DNA of 64,000 nucleotides, taken from assembly GCA_964016885.1 (NCBI GenBank), contig OZ024750.1, positions 38,874,001 through 38,938,000 on the forward strand. Direction: 5' to 3'. A program made the position numbers and the translations under genes. The notes under the pieces are model-generated. The model did not search any database, was not told the DNA's origin, and saw nothing but the letters and a program-made list of their open reading frames with translations. Numbering within the stretch: the first letter of the stretch is position 1; every line of letters starts with the position of its first letter. The DNA comes from Eledone cirrhosa. Lineage: Eukaryota. Below are positions 50,601 to 62,600 of this stretch, piece after piece.

Positions 50601-53600
50601 TGATTCTTGTTAACTATTACCTGGGTACCTCTACGGTGACAGTGGTTCTTGTTAACTATTACCTGGGTACCTCTACGATGACAGTGGTTCTTGTTAACTA
50701 TTACCTGGGTACCTCTACGGTGACAGTGCTTCTTGTTAACTATTACCTGGGTACCTCTACGGTGACAGTGGTTCTTGTTAACTATTACCTGGGTACCTCT
50801 ACGGTGACAGTGCTTCTTGTTAACTATTACCTGGGTACCTCTACGGTGACAGTGGTTCTTGTTAACTATTACCTGGGTACCTCTACGGTGACAGTGGTTC
50901 TTATTAACTATTACCTGGGTACCTCTACGGTGACAGTGGTTCTTGTTAACTATTACCTGGGTACCTCTACAATGACAGTGGTTCTTGTTAACTATTATCT
51001 GTGTACCTCTGCGGTGAAAGTGGTTCTTGTTAACTATTACCTGGGTACCTCTACGGTGACAGTGCTTCTTGTTAACTATTACCTGGGTACCTCTACGGTG
51101 AGAGTGCTTCTTGTTAACTATTACCTGGGTACCTCTACGGTGACAGTGGTTCTTGTTAACTATTACCTGGGTACCTCTACGGTGACAGTGGTTCTTGTTA
51201 ACTATTACCTGGGTACCTCTACGGTGACAGTGGTTCTTGTTAACTATTACCTGGGTACCTATACGGTGACAGTGGTTCTTGTTAACTATTACCTGGGTAC
51301 CTCTACGGTGACAGTGGTTCTTATTAACTATTACCTGGGTACCTCTACGGTGACAGTGCTTCTTGTTAACTATTACCTGGGTACCTCTACGGTGACAGTG
51401 GTTCTTGTTAACTATTACCTGGGTACCTCTACGGTGACAGTGGTTCTTGTTAACTATTACCTGGGTACCTCTACGATGACAGTGGTTCATGTTAACTATT
51501 ACCTGGGTACCTCTGCGGTGAAAGTGGTTCTTGTTAACTATTACCTGGGTACCTCTACGATGACAGTGGTTCTTGTTAACTATTACCTGGGTACCTCTAC
51601 GGTGAAAGTGGTTCTAGTTAACTATTACCTGGGTACCTCTACGGTGACAGTGCTTCTTGTTAACTATTACCTGGGTACCTCTACGGTGACAGTGGTTCTT
51701 GTTAACTATTACCTGGGTACCTCTACGGTGACAGTGGTTCTTGTTAACTATTACCTGGGTACCTCTACGGTGACAGTGCTTCTTGTTAACTATTACCTGG
51801 GTACCTCTACGGTGACAGTGGTTCTTGTTAACTATTACCTGGGTACCTCTACGGTGACAGTGCTTCTTGTTAACTATTACCTGGGTACCTCTACGGTGAC
51901 AGTGCTTCTTGTTAACTATTACCTGGGTACCTCTACGGTGACAGTGGTTCTTGTTAACTATTACCTGGGTACCTCTACGGTGACAGTGCTTCTTGTTAAC
52001 TATTACCTGGGTACCTCTACGGTGACAGTGGTTCTTGTTAACTATTACCTGGGTACCTCTACGGTGACAGTGGTTCTTATTAACTATTACCTGGGTACCT
52101 CTACGGTGACAGTGCTTCTTGTTAACTATTACCTGGGTACCTCTACGGTGACAGTGGTTCTTGTTAACTATTACGTGGGTACCTCTACGGTGACAGTGGT
52201 TCTTGTTAACTATTACCTGGGTAGCTCTACGATGACAGTGCTTCTTGTTAACTATTACCTGGGTACCTATACGGTGACAGTGGTTCTTGTTAACTATTAC
52301 CTGGGTACCTCTACGGTGACAGTGGTTCTTGTTAACTATTACCTGGGTACCTCTACGATGACAGTGGTTCTTAACTATTACCTGGGTACCTCTGCGGTGA
52401 AAGTGGTTCTTGTTAACTATTACCTGGGTACCTCTACGATGACAGTGGTTCTTGTTAACTATTACCTGGGTACCTCTACGGTGAAAGTGGTTCTTGTTAA
52501 CTATTACCTGGGTACCTCTACGGTGACAGTGCTTCTTGTTAACTATTACCTGGGTACCTCTACGGTGACAGTGGTTCTTGTTAACTATTACCTGGGTACC
52601 TCTACGGTGACAGTGGTTCTTGTTAACTATTACCTGGGTACCTCTACGGTGACAGTGGTTCTTGTTAACTATTACCTGGGTACCTCTACGGTGACAGTGG
52701 TTCTTGTTAACTATTACCTGGGTACCTATACGGTGACAGTGGTTCTTGTTAACTATTACCTGGGTACCTCTACGGTGACAGTGGTTCTTATTAACTATTA
52801 CCTGGGTACCTCTACGGTGACAGTGCTTCTTGTTAACTATTACCTGGGTACCTCTACGGTGACAGTGGTTCTTGTTAACTATTACCTGGGTACCTCTACG
52901 GTGACAGTGGTTCTTGTGAACTATTACCTGGGTACCTCTACGATGACAGTGGTTCTTGTTAACTATTACCTGGGTACCTCTGCGGTGAAAGTGGTTCTTG
53001 TTAACTATTACCTGGGTACCTCTACGATGACAGTGGTTCTTGTTAACTATTACCTGGGGACCTCTACGGTGAAAGTGGTTCTAGTTAACTATTACCTGGG
53101 TACCTCTACGGTGACAGTGCTTCTTGTTAACTATTACCTGGGTACCTCTACGGTGACAGTGGTTCTTGTTAACTATTACCTGGGTACCTCTACGGTGACA
53201 GTGGTTCTTATTAACTATTACCTGGGTACCTCTACGGTGACAGTGGTTCTTGTTAACTATTACCTGGGTACCTCTACGATGACAGTGGTTCTTGTTAACT
53301 ATTACCTGGGTACCTCTGCGGTGAAAGTGGTTCTTGTTAACTATTACCTGGGTACCTCTACGGTGACAGTGCTTCTTGTTAACTATTACCTGGGTACCTC
53401 TACGGTGACAGTGCTTCTTGTTAACTATTACCTGGGTACCTCTACGGTGACAGTGGTTCTTGTTAACTATTACCTGGGTACCTCTACGGTGACAGTGGTT
53501 CTTGTTAACTATTACCTGGGTACCTCTACGGTGACAGTGCTTCTTGTTAACTATTACCTGGGTACCTATACGGTGACAGTGGTTCTTGTTAACTATTACC

Positions 53601-56600
53601 TGGGTACCTCTACGGTGACAGTGGTTCTTATTAACTATTACCTGGGTACCTCTACGGTGACAGTGCTTCTTGTTAACTATTACCTGGGTACCTCTACGGT
53701 GACAGTGGTTCTTGTTAACTATTACCTGGGTACCTCTACGGTGACAGTGGTTCTTGTTAACTATTACCTGGGTACCTCTACGATGACAGTGGTTCTTGTT
53801 AACTATTACCTGGGTACCTCTGCGGTGAAAGTGGTTCTTGTTAACTATTACCTGGGTACCTCTACGGTGACAGTGCTTCTTGTTAACTATTACCTGGGTA
53901 CCTCTACGGTGACAGTGGTTCTTGTTAACTATTACCTGGGTACCTCTACGGTGACAGTGGTTCTTGTTAACTATTACCTGGGTACCTCTACGGTGACAGT
54001 GCTTCTTGTTAACTATTACCTGGGTACCTCTACGGTGACAGTGGTTCTTGTTAATTATTACCTGGGTACCTCTACGGTGACAGTGCTTCTTGTTAACTAT
54101 TACCTGGGTACCTCTACGGTGACAGTGGTTCTTTTTAACTATTACCTGGGTACCTCTACGGTGACAGTGGTTCTTATTAACTATTACCTGGGTACCTCTA
54201 CGGTGACAGTGCTTCTTGTTAACTATTACCTGGGTACCTCTACGGTGACAGTGGTTCTTGTTAACTATTACGTGGGTACCTCTACGGTGACAGTGGTTCT
54301 TGTTAACTATTACCTGGGTAGCTCTACGATGACAGTGCTTCTTGTTAACTATTACCTGGGTACCTCTACGGTAAGAGTGCTTCTTGTTAACTATTACCTG
54401 GGTACCTCTACGGTGACAGTGGTTCTTGTTAACTATTACCTGGGTACCTCTACGGTGACAATGGTTCTTATTAACTATTACCTGGGTACCTCTACGGTGA
54501 CAGTGGTTCTTGTTAACTATTACCTGGGTACCTCTACGATGACAGTGGTTCTTGTTAACTATTACCTGGGTACCTCTAAGGTTAAAGTGGTTCTTGTTAA
54601 CTATTACCTGGGTACCTCTACGGTGACAGTGCTTCTTGTTAACTATTACCTGGGTACCTCTACGGTGACAGTGCTTCTTGTTAACTATTACCTGGGTACC
54701 TCTACGGTGACAGTGGTTCTTGTTAACTATTACCTGGGTACCTCTACGGTGACAGTGGTTCTTGTTAACTATTACCCGGGTACCTCTACGGTGACAGTGC
54801 TTCTTGTTAACTATTACCTGGGTACCTCTACGGTGACAGTGGTTCTTGTTAACTATTACCTGGGTACCTCTACGGTGACAGTGCTTCTTGTTAACTATTA
54901 CCTGGGTACCTCTACGGTGACAGTGGTTCTTGTTAACTATTACCTGGGTACCTCTACGGTGACAGTGGTTCTTATTAACTATTACCTGGGTACCTCTACG
55001 GTGACAGTGGTTCTTGTTAACTATTACCTGGGTACCTCTACGATGACAGTGGTTCTTGTTAACTATTACCTGGGTACCTCTGCGGTGAAAGTGGTTCTTG
55101 TTAACTATTACCTGGGTACCTCTACGGTGACAGTGCTTCTTGTTAACTATTACCTGGATACCTCTACGGTGACAGTGGTTCTTGTTAACTATTTCCTGGG
55201 TACCTCTACGGTGACAGTGGTTCTTGTTAACTATTACCTGGGTACCTCTACGGTGACAGTGCTTCTTGTTAACTATTACCTGGGTACCTCTACGGTGACA
55301 GTGGTTCTTGTTAACTATTACCTGGGTACCTCTACGGTGACAGTGCTTCTTGTTAACTATTACCTGGGTACCTATACGGTGACAGTGGTTCTTGTTAACT
55401 ATTACCTGGGTACCTCTACGGTGACAGTGGTTCTTATTAACTATTACCTGGGTACCTCTACGGTGACAGTGCTTCTTGTTAACTATTACCTGGGTACCTC
55501 TACGGTGACAGTGCTTCTTGTTAACTGTTACCTGGGTACCTCTACGGTGACAGTGCTTCTTGTTAACTATGACCTGGGTACCTCTACGGTGACAGTGGTT
55601 CTTGTTAACTATTACCTGGGTACCTCTACGGTGACAGTGGTTCTTGTTAACTATTACCTGGGTAGCTCTACGATGACAGTGCTTCTTGTTAAATATTACC
55701 TGGGTACCTCTACGGTGACAATGGTTCTTATTAACTATTACCTGGGTACCTCTACGGTGACAGTGGTTCTTGTTAACTATTACCTGGGTACCTCTACGGT
55801 GACAGTGCTTCTTGTTAACTATTACCTGGGTACCTCTACGGTGACAGTGGTTCTTGTTAACTATTACCTGGGTACCTCTACGGTGACAGTGCTTCTTGTT
55901 AACTATTACCTGGGTACCTATACGGTGACAGTGGTTCATGTTAACTATTACCTGGGTACCTCTACGGTGACCGTGGTTCTTATTAACTATTACCTGGGTA
56001 CCTCTACGGTGACAGTGCTTCTTGTTAACTATTACCTGGGTACCTCTACGGTGACAGTGCTTCTTGTTAACTGTTACCTGGGTACCTCTACGGTGACAGT
56101 GCTTCTTGTTAACTATGACCTGGGTACCTCTACGGTGACAGTGGTTCTTGTTAACTATTACCTGGGTACCTCTACGGTGACAGTGCTTCTTGTTAACTAT
56201 TACCTGGGTACCTCTACGGTGACAGTGGTTCTTGTTAACTATTACCTGGGTACCTCTACGGTGACAGTGCTTCTTGTTAACTATTACCTGGGTACCTCTA
56301 CGGTGACAGTGCTTCTTGTTAACTATAACCTGGGTACCTCTACGGTGACAGTGGTTCTTGTTAACTATTACCTGGGTACCTCTACGGTGACAGTGGTTCT
56401 TGTTAACTATTACCTGGGTACCTCTACGGTGACAGTGGTTCTTGTTAACTATTACCTGGGTACCTCTACGGTGACAGTGGTTCTTGTTAACTATTACCTC
56501 GGTACCTCTACGGTGACAGTGCTTCTTGTTAACTATTACCTGGGTACCTCTACGGTGACAGTGCTTCTTGTTAACTATTACCTGGGTACCTCTACGATGA

Positions 56601-59600
56601 CAGTGCTTCATGTTAACTATTACCTAGGTACCTCTACGGTGACAGTGCTTCTTGTTAACTATTACCTGGGTACCTCTACGCTGACAGTACTTGTTAACTA
56701 TTACCTGGGTACCTCTACGGTGACAGTGCTTCTTGTTAACTATTACCTGGGTACTTCTACGGTGACTGCTTCTTGTTAACTATTACCTGGGTACCTCTAC
56801 GGTGACAGTGCTTCTTGTTAACTATTACCTGGGTACCTCTACGGTGACAGTGCTTCTTGTTAACTATGACCTGGGTACCTCTACGGTGACAGTGGTTCTT
56901 GTTAACTATTACCTGGGTACCTCTACGGTGACAGTGGTTCTTGTTAACTATTACCTGGGTAGCTCTACGATGACAGTGCTTCTTGTTAACTATTACCTGG
57001 GTACCTCTACGGTGACAATGGTTCTTATTAACTATTACCTGGGTACCTCTACGGTGACAGTGGTTCTTGTTAACTATTAACTGGGTACCTCTACGGTGAC
57101 AGTGCTTCTTGTTAACTATTACCTGGGTACCTCTACGGTGACAGTGGTTCTTGTTAACTATTACCTGGGTACCTCTACGGTGACAGTGCTTCTTGTTAAC
57201 TATTACCTGGGTACCTCTACGGTGACAGTGGTTCTTGTTAACTATTACCTGGGTACCTCTACGGTGACAGTGGTTCTTATTAACTATTACCTGGGTACCT
57301 CTACGGTGACAGTGCTTCTTGTTAACTATTACCTGGGTACCTCTACGATGACAGTGGTTCTTGTTAACTATTACCTGGGTACCTCTGCGGTGAAAGTGGT
57401 TCTTGTTAACTATTACCTGGGTACCTCTACGGTGACAGTGCTTCTTGTTAACTATTACCTGGGTACCTCTACGGTGACAGTGGTTCTTGTTAACTATTAC
57501 CTGGGTACCTCTACGGTGACAGTGGTTCTTGTTAACTATTACCTGGGTACGTCTACGGTGACAGTGCTTCTTGTTAACTATTACCTGGGTACCTCTACGG
57601 TGACAGTGGTTCTTGTTAACTATTACCTGGGTACCTCTACGGTGACAGTGCTTCTTGTTAACTATTACCTGGGTACCTATACGGTGACAGTGGTTCTTGT
57701 TAACTATTACCTGGGTACCTCTACGGTGACAGTGGTTCTTATTAACTATTACCTGGGTACCTCTACGGTGACAGTGCTTCTTGTTAACTATTACCTGGGT
57801 ACCTCTACGGTGACAGTGGTTCTTGTTAACTATTACCTGGGTACCTCTACGGTGACAGTGGTTCTTGTTAACTATTACCTGGGTACCTCTACGATGACAG
57901 TGGTTCTTGTTAATTATTACCTGGGTACCTCTGCGGTGAAAGTGGTTCTTGTTAACTATTACCTGGGTACCTCTACGATGACAGTGGTTCTTGTTAATTA
58001 TTACCTGGGTACCTCTACGGTGAAAGTGGTTCTTGTTAACTATTACCTGGGTACCTCTACGGTGACAGTGCTTCTTGTTAACTATTACCTGGGTACCTCT
58101 ACGGTGACAGTGGTTCTTGTTAACTATTACCTGGGTACCTCTACGGTGACAGTGGTTCTTGTTAACTATTACCTGGGTACCTCTACGGTGACAGTGGTTC
58201 TTGTTAACTATTACCTGGGTACCTCTACGGTGACAGTGGTTCTTGTTAACTATTACCTGGGTACCTATACGGTGACAGTGGTTCTTGTTAACTATTACCT
58301 GGGTACCTCTACGGTGACAGTGGTTCTTATTAACTATTACCTGGGTACCTCTACGTGACAGTGCTTCTTGTTAACTATTACCTGGGTACCTCTACGGTGA
58401 CAGTGCTTCTTGTTAACTATTACCTGGGTACCTCTACGGTGACAGTGGTTCTTGTTAACTATTACCTGGGTACCTCTACGATGACAGTGGTTCTTGTTAA
58501 CTATTACCTGGGTACCTCTGCGGTGAAAGTGGTTCTTGTTAACTATTACCTGGGTACCTCTACGATGACAGTGGTTCTTATTAACTATTACCTGGGTACC
58601 TCTACGGTGAAAGTGGTTCTTGTTAACTATTACCTGGGTACCTCTACGGTGACAGTGCTTCTTGTTAACTATTACCTGGGTACCTCTACGGTGACAGTGG
58701 TTCTTGTTAACTATTACCTGGGTACCTCTACGGTGACAGTGGTTCTTTTTAACTATTACCTGGGTACCTCTACGGTGACAGTGCTTCTTGTTAACTATTA
58801 CCTGGGTACCTCTACGGTGACAGTGGTTCTTGTTAACTATTACCTGGGTACCTCTACGGTGACAGTGCTTCTTGTTAACTATTACCTGGGTACCTCTACG
58901 GTGACAGTGGTTCTTGTTAACTATTACCTGGGTACCTCTACGGTGACAGTGGTTCTTATTAACTATTACCTGGGTACCTCTACGGTGACAGTGGTTCTTG
59001 TTAACTATTACCTGGGTACCTCTACGATGACAGTGGTTCTTGTTAACTATTACCTGTGTACCTCTGCGGTGAAAGTGGTTCTTGTTAACTATTACCTGGG
59101 TACCTCTACGGTGACAGTGCTTCTTGTTAACTATTACCTGGGTACCTCTACGGTGACAGTGCTTCTTGTTAACTATTACCTGGGTACCTCTACGGTGACA
59201 GTGGTTCTTGTTAACTATTACCTGGGTACCTCTACGGTGACAGTGGTTCTTGTTAACTATTACCTGGGTACCTCTACGGTGACAGTGCTTCTTGTTAACT
59301 ATTACCTGGGTACCTATACGGTGACAGTGGTTCTTGTTAACTATTACCTGGGTACCTCTACGGTGACAGTGGTTCTTATTAACTATTACCTGGGTACATC
59401 TACGGTGACAGTGCTTCTTGTTAACTATTACCTGGGAACCTCTACGGTGACAGTGGTTCTTGTTAACTATTACCTGGGTACCTCTACGGTGACAGTGGTT
59501 CTTGTTAACTATTACCTGGGTACCTCTACGGTGACAGTGCTTCTTGTTAACTATTACCTGGGTACCTCTACGGTGACAGTGGTTCTTGTTAACTATTACC

Positions 59601-62600
59601 TGGGTACCTCTACGGTGACAGTGCTTCTTGTTAACTATTACCTGGGTACTTCTACGGTGACAGTGGTTCTTATTAACTATTACCTGGGTACCTCTACGGT
59701 GACAGTGCTTCTTGTTAACTATTACCTGGGAACCTCTACGGTGACAGTGGTTCTTGTTAACTATTACCTGGGTACCTCTACGGTGACAGTGGTTCTTGTT
59801 AACTATTACCTGGGTACCTCTACGATGACAGTGGTTCTTGTTAACTATTACCTGGGTACCTCTACGGTGACAGTGCTTCTTGTTAACTATTACCTGGGTA
59901 CCTATACGGTGACAGTGGTTCTTGTTAACTATTACCTGGGTACCTCTACGGTGACAGTGGTTCTTATTAACTATTACCTGGGTACCTCTACGGTGACAGT
60001 GCTTCTTGTTAACTATTACCTGGGTACCTCTACGGTGACAGTGGTTCTTGTTAACTATTACCTGGGTACCTCTACGGTGACAGTGGTTCTTGTTAACTAT
60101 TACCTGGGTACCTCTATGATGACAGTGGTTCTTGTTAACTATTACCTGGGTACCTCTGCGGTGAAAGTGGTTGTTGTTAACTATTACCTGGGTACCTCTA
60201 CGGTGACAGTGCTTCTTGTTAACTATTACCTGGGTACCTCTACGGTGACAGTGGTTCTTGTTAACTATTACCTGGGTACCTCTACGGTGACAGTGGTCCT
60301 TGTTAACTATTACCTGGGTACCTCTACGGTGACAGTGGTTCTTGTTAACTATTACCTGGGTACCTCTACGGTGACAGTGCTTCTTGTTAACTATTACCTG
60401 GGTACCTCTACGGTGACAGTGGTTCTTGTTAACTATTACCTGGGTACCTCTACGGTGACAGTGGTTCTTGTTAACTATTACCTGGGTACCTCTACGGTGA
60501 CAGGGCTTCTTGTTAACTATTACCTGGGTACCTCTACGGTGACAGTGGTTCTTGTTAACTATTACGTGGGTACCTCTACGGTGACAGTGGTTCTTGTTAA
60601 CTATTACCTGGGTACCTCTACGGTGACAGTGGTTCTTGTTAACTATTACCTGGGTACCTCTACGGTGACAGTGCTTCTTGTTAACTATTACCTGGGTACC
60701 TCTACGGTGACAGTGATTCTTGTTAACTATTACCTGGGTACCTCTACGGTGACAGTGCTTCTTGTTAACTATTACCTGGGTACCTCTACGGTGACAGTGG
60801 TTCTTGTTAACTATTACCTGGGTACCTCTACGGTGACAGTGGTTCTTATTAACTATTACCTGGGTACCTCTACGGTGACAGTGGTTCTTGTTAACTATTA
60901 CCTGGGTACCTCTACGATGACAGTGGTTCTTGTTAACTATTACCTGGGTACCTCTGTGGTGAAAGTGGTTCTTGTTAACTATTACCTGGGTACCTCTACG
61001 GTGACAGTGCTTCTTGTTAACTATTACCTGGGTACCTCTACGGTGACAGTGGTTCTTGTTAACTATTACCTGGGTACCTCTACGGTGACAGTGGTTCTTG
61101 TTAACTATTACCTGGGTACCTCTACGGTGACAGTGCTTCTTGTTAACTATTACCTGGGTACCTCTACGGTGACAGTGGTTCTTGTTAACTATTACCTGGG
61201 TACCTCTACGGTGACAGTGCTTCTTGTTAACTATTACCTGCGTACCTCTACGGTGACAGTGGTTCTTGTTAACTATTACCTGGGTACCTCTACGGTGACA
61301 GTGATTCTTATTAACTATTACGTGGGTACCTCTACGGTGACAGTGGTTCTTGTTAACTATTACCTGGGTACCTCTACGGTGACAGTGGTTCTTGTTAACT
61401 ATTACCTGGGTACCTCTACGGTGACAGTGGTTCTTGTTAACTATTACCTGGGTACCTCTACGATGACAGTGGTTCTTGTTAACTATTACCTGGGTACCTC
61501 TGCGGTGAAAGTGGTTCTTGTTAACTATTACCTGGGTACCTCTACGATGACAGTGGTTCTTGTTAACTATTACCTGGGTACCTCTACGGTGAAAGTGGTT
61601 CTTGTTAACTATTACCTGGGTACCTCTACGGTGACAGTGCTTCTTGTTAACTATTACCTGGGTACCTCTACGGTGACAGTGGTTCTTGTTAACTATTACC
61701 TGGGTACCTCTACGGTGACAGTGCTTCTTGTTAACTATTACCTGGGTACCTCTACGGTGACAGTGGTTCTTGTTAACTATTACCTGGGTACCTCTACGGT
61801 GACAGTGCTTCTTGTTAACTATTACCTGGGTACCTCTACGGTGACAGTGGTTCTTGTTAACTATTACCTGGGTACCTCTACGGTGACAGTGCTTCTTGTT
61901 AACTATTACCTGGGTACCTCTACGGTGACAGTGGTTCTTGTTAACTATTACCTGGGTACCTCTACGGTGACAGTGCTTCTTGTTAACTATTACCTGGGTA
62001 CCTCTACGGTGACAGTGCTTCTTGTTAACTATTACCTGGGTACCTCTACGGTGACAGTGGTTCTTGTTAACTATTACCTGGGTACCTCTACGGTGACAGT
62101 GGTTCTTGTTAACTATTACCTGGGTACCTCTACGGTGACAGTGGTTCTTGTTAACTATTACCTGGGTACCTCTACGGTGACAGTGGTTCTTGTTAACTAT
62201 TACCTCGGTACCTCTACGGTGACAGTGCTTCTTGTTAACTATTACCTGGGTACCTCTACGGTGACAGTGCTTCTTGTTAACTATTACCTGGGTACCTCTA
62301 CGATGACAGTGCTTCATGTTAACTATTACCTAGGTACCTCTACGGTGACAGTGCTTCTTGTTAACTATTACCTGGGTACCTCTACGCTGACAGTACTTGT
62401 TAACTATTACCTGGGTACCTCTACGGTGACAGTGCTTCTTGTTAACTATTACCTGGGTACTTCTACGGTGACTGCTTCTTGTTAACTATTACCTGGGTAC
62501 CTCTACGGTGACAGTGCTTCTTGTTAACTATTACCTGGGTACCTCTACGGTGACAGTGCTTCTTGTTAACTATGACCTGGGTACCTCTACGGTGACAGTG

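Noticed and set aside
47246-62317. Minus-strand His/Cys/Arg-rich ORFs as zinc-finger or metal-binding protein; several frequent variants are synonymous in this frame
   Set aside because: There is no C-x2-C...H-x3-H spacing or TGEKP linker. TAG/TGA stops recur (39361, 42241, 47246, 51615, 53081), the most common variant is non-synonymous (K/N), and distinct mutation types fall on all three codon positions.
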